Shown here: piece by piece, positions 9,142-18,293 of the stretch
Position numbering within the stretch: the first letter of the stretch is position 1
Layout: every line of letters starts with the position of its first letter
Source of the DNA: Fibrobacteria bacterium
GTDB taxonomy: Bacteria > Fibrobacterota > Fibrobacteria > UBA11236
Assembly (NCBI GenBank): GCA_043745805.1
Contig: JAYTSD010000025.1
Location: forward strand, 1-45,758
Direction: 5' to 3'
DNA: 45,758 bases
Position numbers and translations under genes: made by a program
Notes under the pieces: generated by a model
Told to the model about the DNA's origin: nothing
Database searches by the model: none
Seen by the model: the letters and a program-made list of their open reading frames with translations, nothing else

Positions 9142-9936
9142 TTATGTTTTTGGGATTTCTTCGGCTTGAATTCGCGAAAATCCATTTTGACGGGCTGTTT
9201 CATAGAGCAATAAGGATAAAGCGACGCTGGCATTATACGACTGCAAATCAGGTGAACAGGGGATGCGCACAGAATGAGTGCAAGCACGGCGCACATGCGG
9301 AGGAATACCGCGATCTTCACCACCAATTACTAATACTAATGGACCAGCAAAAGGAAATTGTTCTAAGCTTTTTTCGCCATCGACATCGAGGCCAATAATT
9401 TTAAAGCCGGCTTCTTGTAAACTTTTTAATTCGCCTTCGAGATCACCCACTTGGCAAATCGGTAATTTTTCAGCGGCTCCTGCGGCGGCTTTAGCGGCCG
9501 TTGGAGTTAAACCGCAATTGCCTTTATTTTGAAATAAAATCGCATTGGCTCCAAATCCCACAGACGAACGAATGCAGGCTCCAAAGTTACGTGGATCTTC
9601 CATAGCAACAGGAACCACAATTAATGGTGGCTTTGTGTCGTTTACGCTTTGAATTAATTTTTCTTTCACTGCTGGCCAAGCATCGAGTCCACGGCTATGG
9701 CAAAAAGCCAAAACGCCTTGATGCGGACCTTGATACCAATAGTCCAATTTGCTTTTAGGCAATTGATGGACACGAATAGAATGTTCCCGAGCAATTTTTT
9801 GTAAGGCATGTAATTTTGGATTGTTACGGCCTTGTAATAGTACCAAATGATTGATTTTTTCAGGGCTATTTAATAACAGGGATTCGACGGCATGATGACC
9901 GGCAACAATAGAACTTTCATCGACTTTAGCGGGCAA
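9142..9936 (-). CDS. rlmB: 23S rRNA (Gm2251) methyltransferase RlmB / TrmH family
   Basis: GHHAVESLL, HQGV, EDPRNFGACIRS, GGEDRG, SYNASVA; likely start is TTG at 9936 with AGGAG 7 nt upstream (the ORF track over-extends to 10110). Confidence 0.9.
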   Translation of the reverse strand: MPAKVDESSIVAGHHAVESLLLNSPEKINHLVLLQGRNNPKLHALQKIAREHSIRVHQLPKSKLDYWYQGPHQGVLAFCHSRGLDAWPAVKEKLIQSVNDTKPPLIVVPVAMEDPRNFGACIRSSVGFGANAILFQNKGNCGLTPTAAKAAAGAAEKLPICQVGDLEGELKSLQEAGFKIIGLDVDGEKSLEQFPFAGPLVLVIGGEDRGIPPHVRRACTHSVRIPCSPDLQSYNASVALSLLLYETARQNGFSRIQAEEIPKT

Positions 9937-11107
9937 GGGCTTGCTCCTGGGGATTTTGGGTGTGAGCGACTGATTTAAATTGTCCGAGTGCGGCGATAAA
10001 TTCCTCAAACAAATAATGCGAGTCGCGAGGGCCAGGAGAGGCTTCTGGATGATATTGCACAGAGAAAATCGGTAAATGTTTATGCCGTAAACCGGAAACG
10101 GTTTGGTCATTTAAATTGATATGGGTAACTTCAATGTTATCTTTGTCTAAAGATTCGGGAGCGATGGCAAAGCCGTGATTTTGCGAGGTGATTTCCACTT
10201 TTCCGCTGCGTAAGTCCATGACCGGATGATTCGCTCCGCGATGTCCAAATTTTAATTTATAAGTTGTGCCGCCCAAGGCGCGGCCTACTAATTGATGGCC
10301 AAGGCAAATGCCAAAAATAGGACGATAACCGATAAGTTCTTTTATCGTTTGCACAGCTTGATCTAAACGTGCAGGGTCGCCAGGGCCGTTGGAAAGGAAA
10401 ATCCCATCGGGATTTATCGCTTTGATTTCGTCGGAACTTACCGTAGCGGGGAAGCGCACAATTTTGGCTCCCAAGGAAGTGAGTATGCGTAAAATATTAC
10501 TTTTAATCCCATAATCAATAGCGGCTACCGTGAACATTGGCGGCGCATCGGGAGTGGCCAAATAGCGTAAAGGGTTTTCGCCTTGTGTCCAACCTTCTTT
10601 TTCTTTAATTGTGACTTTGCTAACAAAATCAATATTCGAAAAATTGGGAACTTGCTTTACCTTTTGTAATACGTCTTCGATTTTATAATCACCTACCACA
10701 ATGACGCCATTCATTACGCCACCTTCACGGAGAATACGCACCAAGCGACGCGTATCAATACCTTGAATACCTGGTATACCATTGTCTTTTAAGTATTTTG
10801 AAAGTGTAAGTGGAATACCGTTTGTGGTGCTGCAACGCCAATTGGAAGGGTATTCACAACAGTTTTTAACCACTAAGGCTGAAATCTGTACTTTGCGACT
10901 TTCAACATCTTCGAGATTGATCCCATAATTGCCAATTTCGGGATAAGTTAAGGTTACGATTTGACCCGCATAAGAGGGATCGGTAAGGATTTCTTGATAA
11001 CCAGTAAGCGAAGTGTTAAAACAAACTTCACCTTCGGTATCCTTTTCAGCTCCAAAAGATTCGCCTTCAAAGTAATTTCCATCTTCTAAAGCCAAAACCG
11101 CGCGCAT
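9926..11107 (-). CDS. carA: Carbamoyl-phosphate synthase small subunit
   Basis: FNTSLTGYQEILTDPSY, LSNGPGDP, GICLGHQ, SQNHGF, QYHPE. Confidence 0.99.
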   Translation of the reverse strand: MRAVLALEDGNYFEGESFGAEKDTEGEVCFNTSLTGYQEILTDPSYAGQIVTLTYPEIGNYGINLEDVESRKVQISALVVKNCCEYPSNWRCSTTNGIPLTLSKYLKDNGIPGIQGIDTRRLVRILREGGVMNGVIVVGDYKIEDVLQKVKQVPNFSNIDFVSKVTIKEKEGWTQGENPLRYLATPDAPPMFTVAAIDYGIKSNILRILTSLGAKIVRFPATVSSDEIKAINPDGIFLSNGPGDPARLDQAVQTIKELIGYRPIFGICLGHQLVGRALGGTTYKLKFGHRGANHPVMDLRSGKVEITSQNHGFAIAPESLDKDNIEVTHINLNDQTVSGLRHKHLPIFSVQYHPEASPGPRDSHYLFEEFIAALGQFKSVAHTQNPQEQALAR

Positions 11108-11172
11108 TAAACCACCTCTATTTTTTTACTTCTGCTATGATATTTCTAAAGCCAGTTTTTATTTTCAGCTTT

Positions 11173-11979
11173 TTACTGAAAGGAGCTTTGTCGGGAGAAG
11201 ATCAGCGAACGTTTTTCGCTCAAGATCATGTCCATCCCTTGATCATGTGGCTCTAAAGGTAACTTTTTATCTACGATTTGAACATCAAAACATAGGCCAA
11301 TTTTAAAGCCGGCTCTCTGGCTCAAATAACGATCATAAAAACCCTTGCCTTTCCCTAAACGGCCTCCTTGCAAATCAAAACAGCTTCCGGGAATCAATAT
11401 TAAATCCGGACTTTCGCTAGATTCATGCGCAGCAGGCCAAAGAGAAGGGGCCGGTTCTTGAATGCTGAAATGGCCTTCAATTAAATCTTTATTTAAATCG
11501 GTAATTATGGCCATATCCATACTTGTTTCTTCACCCTGCACGCGAATAAAGGGTAGCATTAATTTTTTCTGATCTTGTAAAATCATTTGCAAAATATGTT
11601 CGGTGTCGATTTCTTCAAGTGAGCCCACAAATGCGGCTATGACTTTGGCATTTTGATAGTCTGGTAAAGCCTTTAATTTGTCGAGCACTTGAGCCGCAGC
11701 CTCATGCTTTTCAAAAGCTGTGATCGTTCGGATTTTGGCTATGGCTTCGGTACGCGTTTCAGCTTTGGATTGCTTTACAGTAATGACTTTTTCTTTTTGT
11801 TCTTCTGCTACTACTAAAGTATTAATGTGTTGTTTTACATCCCCTTGAAAGCGCGTTACCTTTTTTTTGAAGTCATTAATTTTTTTTAAATAATGACCTA
11901 CTTTTTTAGGCTCGACAAGCAAAATCATCAGTGCAAATATGACTCCAATTTCACCAATGCCTAAGGAATCAAAAATCAT
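11173..11979 (-). CDS. TatB/TatA-like N-terminal module fused to 5-formyltetrahydrofolate cyclo-ligase (268 aa)
   Basis: ATG at 11979 overlaps the tatC stop (ATGA); MIFDSLGIGEIGVIFALMILLVEPKK plus amphipathic helix; then EIDT, PDLILIPG..FD..GGRLGKGKGFYDRYL, EPHDQ.MD 5-FCL motifs. Confidence 0.85.
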   Translation of the reverse strand: MIFDSLGIGEIGVIFALMILLVEPKKVGHYLKKINDFKKKVTRFQGDVKQHINTLVVAEEQKEKVITVKQSKAETRTEAIAKIRTITAFEKHEAAAQVLDKLKALPDYQNAKVIAAFVGSLEEIDTEHILQMILQDQKKLMLPFIRVQGEETSMDMAIITDLNKDLIEGHFSIQEPAPSLWPAAHESSESPDLILIPGSCFDLQGGRLGKGKGFYDRYLSQRAGFKIGLCFDVQIVDKKLPLEPHDQGMDMILSEKRSLIFSRQSSFQ

Positions 11980-12704
11980 GCAACAACCTTGGTCCGTTTT
12001 ACGGTTAAGGCGCAAACCCCAATAGAAATGATATAGAGTAAACAAAGTGGGATAGCCATTAATAACTGAGAAACAGGGTCGGGTCCTGGGGTTAATAAGG
12101 CGGCAACAATAAAAATAATCACTACGGCATAACGAGAAAAAGACCACATGCCACGTGGGCTTACCAAACCGAGTGTGCTTAATACATAGGTTGCTACGGG
12201 CAATTCAAAAATAATTCCAAAGGCCAAAAGAAATTGGGAAATGAAGGAGGCAAAATCCCCTTGTTTCCAATTTTGGGTAATGGATCCTTGCATATAATTG
12301 GCGAGAAAATAAATCCCTGCGGGTAAAACTGTATAGTATGCAAATGCGGCACCCAGCACAAACATAATTAGCGATCCAAAAAAAGCTTTTACGAATATGT
12401 TTTTTTCTTTAGGAAAAAATGCAGGTTGTAAAAAAGACCACATTTGCCACATTACCCAAGGAGAAGCTATAACGATGCCGGCAACAAAAGACATTTTTAT
12501 ACTGGTCATAAAGGTTTCCATCGGCGAAGTGGCGATGAGTACAACCTTCAAATGTTGTTTAGTTAAGGGATAAGCAATGGCATTCCAAATTCTTTCCCAA
12601 AAGGAATAGCATAAAGCGGCTCCTATAAAAATCCCTAAAATGGATTTAAGTAGTCGCGAGCGTAATTCGGAAATATGATCCCAAAAAGTTTGGTCTGGGC
12701 TCAT
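11976..12704 (-). CDS. tatC: Twin-arginine translocase subunit TatC
   Basis: FWDHISELRSRL, WQMWSFLQP, FELP, AALLTP.PDPVSQ; multiple TM segments. Confidence 0.97.
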   Translation of the reverse strand: MSPDQTFWDHISELRSRLLKSILGIFIGAALCYSFWERIWNAIAYPLTKQHLKVVLIATSPMETFMTSIKMSFVAGIVIASPWVMWQMWSFLQPAFFPKEKNIFVKAFFGSLIMFVLGAAFAYYTVLPAGIYFLANYMQGSITQNWKQGDFASFISQFLLAFGIIFELPVATYVLSTLGLVSPRGMWSFSRYAVVIIFIVAALLTPGPDPVSQLLMAIPLCLLYIISIGVCALTVKRTKVVA

Positions 12705-12722
12705 TAAAAATAAAGACTAGCG

Positions 12723-12959
12723 TTAGCTATTTTTAGGTGGAATTTCTTTGGACTGGTCTTTGGTAACCTTGTCCTCAGGTTTGGCAATTTGATTTTTTGC
12801 TGCTTCGGATTCGGCATCAGTACCATTCATCGATGTTTTAAAATCGCGAATACCTTTTCCCAAACCTTTGGCTATTTCCGGAATTTTTTTGCCACCAAAA
12901 AGCAAAATCACAATGAGAAGAATAATAATGAGTTCTGTGGGCCCTAAATTACCGAACAT
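12723..12959 (-). CDS. tatA: Twin-arginine translocase subunit TatA/E
   Basis: [37 protein letters not shown]. Confidence 0.97.
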   Translation of the reverse strand: MFGNLGPTELIIILLIVILLFGGKKIPEIAKGLGKGIRDFKTSMNGTDAESEAAKNQIAKPEDKVTKDQSKEIPPKNS

Positions 12960-12986
12960 AAAACCTCGCTTTCAAACTTGGGGGAA

Positions 12987-12996
12987 ATATAGCAAT
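12987..12996 (-). promoter_or_regulatory. Candidate extended -10 promoter of the tatA operon
   Basis: TTGCTATATT on the minus strand about 27 nt upstream of the tatA ATG, followed by a GAGG SD. Confidence 0.45.
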
Positions 12997-13010
12997 AATA
13001 ACCCACTTTA

Positions 13011-14165
13011 CTATTCTAAACTCTCGCTTGGCAGAACAACTTTAAGCCAATCCTCGACTAAAAGGTTTTCTTGCCATTTCATCCAATGGGCTGCGGCACT
13101 TATTTTTTCGCGCGAGACGCAACTCGTTAAAGCTACGGCGGTTAAGTTACTGCGATTAATTAAAAGGGAAGGATCTATTCCCAAGTCTTGTGCGATTTGA
13201 TCGCGGATAGTTTTTAATTGAGCCAATAATTGTGCATTGGGACTTTTGGGCGTCTTTTTGACAATCTTAATGGGCTGAGGCCAATTCTCTTTGCTTTCCT
13301 TCAAGGCTTTGCGGAAATCATCTTGAAAGCGTTGACGGATATTTTCGGATAAGCGAGACGGTAATGTAGGCACGCGTTCGGGTTCACCTGTTTCGGGAGT
13401 ATTCAGCGCAAAGCGCAATAAAATCTCCGAAGGCAATATTCTATAGCTGGGTAAGTCACGGCTTTGGGCCATACTTTCACGACAAAGCCATAAATATTTT
13501 AATACGCATAATTGCCGAGGACTGAATTTGGATGCGCCTTCAATACGCCAAGAGTTTTCTAAATCCACTGTTTTTGAAAGAGCGGTAACCTTAATGAGTT
13601 CATCGCAGCATTCACTATGCCAGCTTAAGCGGCCTTTAGCTTCTAATTCTTCGCTTAACTTCTCAAATAATCCGGGCAAATAAAAAGTGTCTTGTGCCCC
13701 ATATTGTAGCATTTCCGGCGATAGGGGCCGAATGGACCAATCGGCTTTTTGATGCTCTTTCACTAAGGTAACACCAAAGTAACTCTGCACTAAGGCGGCT
13801 AAGCCGATAGAAGTTTTTCCTAAAAGTTGCGCGGCAATGACCGTGTCAAAAAGTTTGGCCGGTCGAAATTGATAATGTTGAAAAAGCATGCGTAAATCAT
13901 AATCAGAGCCATGCGCAATTATCCATTTGCTGGAAAGCTCTTTTAAAAAATCACTTAGGTCGAGTCCGGCCAGGGGGTCGATTAAATAAGCATGTTCTTC
14001 AGTTAGTACCTGTAGCAAACATATTTTGGCATAGTAATGATGCATGCTGTCGGCTTCTAAATCGAGGCAAACTCGATCGGTTTTTTTCAGAGCCGATACA
14101 ACCTTTTGCAGGCCCTCTTGAGTATCTATGGATTCGAAGGAATAGTCAGTAGGGGATAAGGGCAT
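13011..14165 (-). CDS. rnd: Ribonuclease D (3'-5' exonuclease plus HRDC)
   Basis: LDLEADS, HGSDYD, FDT..AAQLLG, ADWS.RPL...ML.Y...D; HRDC-like RESMAQSRDLP. Confidence 0.92.
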   Translation of the reverse strand: MPLSPTDYSFESIDTQEGLQKVVSALKKTDRVCLDLEADSMHHYYAKICLLQVLTEEHAYLIDPLAGLDLSDFLKELSSKWIIAHGSDYDLRMLFQHYQFRPAKLFDTVIAAQLLGKTSIGLAALVQSYFGVTLVKEHQKADWSIRPLSPEMLQYGAQDTFYLPGLFEKLSEELEAKGRLSWHSECCDELIKVTALSKTVDLENSWRIEGASKFSPRQLCVLKYLWLCRESMAQSRDLPSYRILPSEILLRFALNTPETGEPERVPTLPSRLSENIRQRFQDDFRKALKESKENWPQPIKIVKKTPKSPNAQLLAQLKTIRDQIAQDLGIDPSLLINRSNLTAVALTSCVSREKISAAAHWMKWQENLLVEDWLKVVLPSESLE

Positions 14166-14293
14166 GCTAGTTGGGGAACGAAATAAGTTTTTAAAATATC
14201 GAAAAAGAATTTTTCATGCCTTCAGTCAAATTTTAGCTAAAAATTGATTCTACACTCTGATTTGCAGAATAGCCACATCGGCCATTAAGGTTT

Positions 14294-14325
14294 AATATAG
14301 CAACCAAGAATATAGCAACCAAGAA
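14294..14325. repeat. Perfect 15-bp tandem duplication (AATATAGCAACCAAG x2)
   Basis: Directly visible in the rnd/trpS divergent intergenic region. Confidence 0.95.
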
Positions 14326-14406
14326 ACATTTCGGAACTATGGGGATTAACTAATTTTATCTTCAATTTTTAAAGATTTGTCCAAAGATTTGGAATAAGGA
14401 GTTGCG

Positions 14407-15402
14407 ATGCGATTGAGGGCCTTGACGGGAATTAAACCCACTGGCGAACCCCATGTTGGAAATTGGTTAGGCGCGATTAAACCGGCATTAGGCCTATGTG
14501 AGCAATATGACACCTTTTATTTTATTGCCGATTATCATGCAATGACTACAGTGCATCAAGCAGAGTTTATGCAGCAACAGACTTTATCAATTGCGGCCAC
14601 TTATTTGGCTTTTGGACTGGATCCGGATCGTTCCGTTTTTTATAAACAAAGTGATGTGCCAGAAATTTTTGAATTGGCTTGGATACTCGCTTGTTTTACT
14701 CCCAAGGGTTTTATGAATCGCGCACATGCTTATAAGGATGCGGTGCAAAAAAATCTTGAACAAGCTAAAGATGCCGATCAGAATATTAATATGGGCCTAT
14801 ATTTCTATCCGGTTTTAATGGCTGCGGATATATTAATGTTCAATGCCAATGTAGTTCCTGTTGGACAAGATCAAAAACAACATGTGGAATTTGCGCGCGA
14901 TATGGCAGGAAGCTTTAATCATAATTATGGAGGAGACTTTTTTGCCATACCTGAACCGCGTATAGATGAGCATGTACGTGTAATTGTTGGTCTAGATGGT
15001 CGTAAGATGAGTAAAAGTTATGACAATACTATTCCTTTATTTTTAGAGGAAAAAAAGTTACAGAAACGTATCAATCAAATTGTGACCAATTCTCAAGCAC
15101 CAGAAGAACCAAAAGTAGCCGAGGGTAGTTCCGTATTTGCTTTACATCGTTTACTATTAAATGAGGAACAAGAAAAAGCACTAAACGCGAAGTATGCCGC
15201 CGGTGGTTTAGGTTGGGGGCAAGCAAAAAAAGATTATTTCGAATGCTTAAATGCCGCTATAGCTGGCCCACGCGATATTTACAACCGCCTAATGGCCGAG
15301 CCGGAAGCTATTCAAGAGATTTTAAATAAAGGACGCGATAAAGCTCGTGCCTTGGCTATTCCGTTTATGGATAAAATTCGCAAAGCGGTGGGAACAAGAT
15401 AA
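14407..15402 (+). CDS. trpS: Tryptophan--tRNA ligase
   Basis: TGIKPTG..HVGN, YPVLMAADIL, VPVGQDQKQH, KMSKS. Confidence 0.98.
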   Translation: MRLRALTGIKPTGEPHVGNWLGAIKPALGLCEQYDTFYFIADYHAMTTVHQAEFMQQQTLSIAATYLAFGLDPDRSVFYKQSDVPEIFELAWILACFTPKGFMNRAHAYKDAVQKNLEQAKDADQNINMGLYFYPVLMAADILMFNANVVPVGQDQKQHVEFARDMAGSFNHNYGGDFFAIPEPRIDEHVRVIVGLDGRKMSKSYDNTIPLFLEEKKLQKRINQIVTNSQAPEEPKVAEGSSVFALHRLLLNEEQEKALNAKYAAGGLGWGQAKKDYFECLNAAIAGPRDIYNRLMAEPEAIQEILNKGRDKARALAIPFMDKIRKAVGTR

Positions 15403-15478
15403 AATCGGTTAAGAATGCAGTAGGGGAGTCGTGCACAGCTAAGCGTTCACGACCAATAAGGTATTATAATAGGTAACC

Positions 15479-17338
15479 TTAGAGTTTCGGGTTAATCAAA
15501 AGATTTAATTCCGAACTTTTAATTTGCAGCCATTGATTCGAGTGACCTTTGGCATTGATATTCAATAAATGCGCACCCGCTTCCATCCAACCTGCAAAAA
15601 TTTTTTCACCATGCGCGCCATTAATGCTAATCCATTCAGCAGAAACGAATTGCTTTTGAGAGAGGGTGTAAGTGAGTTGATTGGATTTGAAAGAGTAGGA
15701 TTTTTGTTTGTTTGAAATCTCGGTATGTATGTTAACGGGCAGGGCAGGCAATTCCATTTCATAAACGGGACCATCCGTTAAAGACATAAACAATGTATTG
15801 TTGTATAGAGCTAAAGCGCTTCCGTGTAAGTCAAGAAAGTTAGGCGTAAGATTTTTCCAAATGGAATCACCAATAGTAAGGCGATAAACCGCCGAATCAG
15901 TCATAGCGATTAAGCTAATGCTATCGCTTAAGAAGCTAATAATAGAGCTAATACGTTTGAACCGACAGATACCATTGAATTAATGATTGTAGCACCTGTT
16001 TTAAATAGATTGTATGGGATTCCATTTGAATATTGAATCCCATTTTTAAAAACGCCATAATTATTATTACGCGACTCTGCAAAAGCTATGTAAGAATCGT
16101 TTCCGTTCTTTACATATCGACTCTCCGCCCGAGCAAAGGCAATATCTTTATAGTTTAAAAAATTGGAATAGGTCATCCACTTAAAATGCGATAATGACCA
16201 TGGAGCCCAGCTTTCAGTATTGGGATTAAAGATCCAATTATTCGAGGATACTAGAAAAGTATCAATTTTAGCCAATTGCAGATTATTAGGGATGAGTCCT
16301 CGATTATGTGATTGCCAAGTTAAGCCGCTATCATTTGAAATATAAATCCCACTATCTGTTGTGCATGCATACCAATTTTTCCCTGTAGATTGAATAGAGG
16401 TTAAATTAAAATTTCGTAGATTCGTCAAAACTTTTTGCATATTAACTTGGCTTGGAAAAAAAGGTATTGGAGTAGAATAAATTTGAGCTTGAATCGAAAT
16501 TGTATTTTCTAACTAATGTATCTGTTATAATATTCCCAATATAAAAAAGTCCGTCATTGGAACCTATAAAGACACGGTTGTAACGACTGATAACACTGGT
16601 AATAGAACTGGAGTTTAAATCGGTAGGAAGACTTATTTTTTTCCAGGTTTTAGACGAATCAAAAGAAACGTTTATTCCTTTGCGGTCGAGTAAATACATT
16701 CTGACTGGTCCTGTCCAATTTGCTAAAACGGAGTCGCTAGTATTCGATATTGATCCGTCTTGGATGGTTGAGTTGGTTAAAAGTTGGCTCAAATCAAAAT
16801 GCTGGCTAGAATCGCTAATCCAGTTTTCGCCAAAATTCTTAGAACGTAAAATTGAACCACCATTTTTCGCGGCAAAAATTTGTTTACCAACTATTGTTAA
16901 ACCCGTAATATTTCCAGTAATTTTTTTTTGCCAAGTTTTGCCAAAATTGGTGGATCGAAATATTCCAAATTCATTAAAAGTAGGATCGGAACACATCGGA
17001 CTAAAACAATCAAAAAGACTAGCATCAAATCTTACCCCAACCAAAACAAAAATTACCGAATCTATGGTTGCAAATTGGGTAATTTTTTTACTGTATATCC
17101 ATTTACTAGTTTTGGGGATTGAAAATCCATATTCCCACTTTCCACTTTGAATAGGCGAACGATAAACAGAACCATCATCAGTCCCAGCAAAAGCATATTG
17201 TTCAGTTAAAAACATAGAGCTAATGCCCAAATTTGAATTTGGTCCTTCAGTTGATTTCCAAACACCTGTTTCCGCTAATGGAGAAGTAAGATTCAAACTA
17301 AATGCTGTCAGTACGGTCCATAAAAGACGTGACATCAT
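15479..17338 (-). pseudogene. Secreted BNR/Asp-box beta-propeller protein split into three ORFs (16442..17338, 15928..16440, 15479..15904)
   Basis: Single signal peptide; Asp-boxes RSTNFGKTW, RSKNFGENW, VSFDSSKTW, ISNDSGLTW; removing one T from the T7 run near 16456-16462 joins ORF1 to ORF2; overlapping open frames at the second junction. Confidence 0.7.
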
Positions 17339-17636
17339 GATAATCTCCTTTTAAAACAGATGCGGAATTTTGGTAAATTAAGAAACACTTGTGTTACCTA
17401 ATTTATAAGCTCCCCTCTTTTAAAAACCAGAAAAGCAAATCGCGTTCCACAATTAAATATTGGTTTAATGAGGAAAAAGAAAGGATATTAAGGTTCTTTA
17501 CCATTTCACATTGCTTGAATCGCTAGGTTTTTGACCGGTAGATCAACTTTTGACCCGCAAAATAAGCTAAACAAAACCTTACTACCCATTTCCGTCTAAG
17601 ATTTCCTATTTTTATCCAAAAATAGTGGAGTACTTC

Positions 17637-18251
17637 ATGTCTTTTATTTTGCCTATTGGCGCTAAAGTATCGGATTTTAAACTGTCAGCTAATGACGGAA
17701 ACATTTATGCCTATTCCGAGTTAAAAGGCAGTAATGGCACTTTAATATTTTTCACGTGCAATCATTGCCCGCATGTGATTGGTAGCGAAGCCCGTGTGCA
17801 AGATTTGTTTAAAAAATGCGAAGGCTTGGGAATATCTATGGTCGCCATCCATTCCAATGAAAGCGCCGATCATCCCGAAGACCATTTTGATGCTGTAATA
17901 AAGCGTATGGAAGAAAAAGGTTTTGGCTGGATTTCTTTAGATGATGCCGCACAAAAGGTAGCCCGAGAATTCGGTGCCGAACGTACGCCACATTATTTTC
18001 TTTTGGACAATAAAGATCAATTAGTTTATCGCGGTCGCATGGATAATAGTCCGCGTGACATTAACAAAGCCGTTACCCATGAATTAGTGGATGCGATTCA
18101 AGAATTAGTTGCTGGTAAAATTATTGCCAACCCGACCACGGATCCAGTGGGATGTAATATTAAATGGTGGGGCAAAGAAAAACATTGGATGCCAGCGGAA
18201 GCTTGTGATTTGGATTATCTCGATACGTATTCTATGGTGAAGAAAAAATAA
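17637..18251 (+). CDS. Thioredoxin-like AhpC/TSA family redoxin
   Basis: FTCNHCPHV, GAERTPH, YRGRMD, PVGCNIKW; ATG at 17637 follows a GGAG SD. Confidence 0.9.
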   Translation: MSFILPIGAKVSDFKLSANDGNIYAYSELKGSNGTLIFFTCNHCPHVIGSEARVQDLFKKCEGLGISMVAIHSNESADHPEDHFDAVIKRMEEKGFGWISLDDAAQKVAREFGAERTPHYFLLDNKDQLVYRGRMDNSPRDINKAVTHELVDAIQELVAGKIIANPTTDPVGCNIKWWGKEKHWMPAEACDLDYLDTYSMVKKK

Positions 18252-18293
18252 ATCTATGTGAGTTGGGGATTTTAACGAAAGGGTTTTGACATC

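Noticed and set aside
9937-10110. N-terminal extension of the rlmB ORF in the track
   Set aside because: Lies inside carA; a better SD-supported TTG start exists at 9936
11980-12147. Cys-rich N-terminal extension of the fusion ORF
   Set aside because: Alternate frame of tatC; ATG 11979 overlapping the tatC stop is the plausible start
11980-12722. 6S RNA (ssrS), often found upstream of ygfA-type genes
   Set aside because: No intergenic space; the upstream sequence is tatC coding
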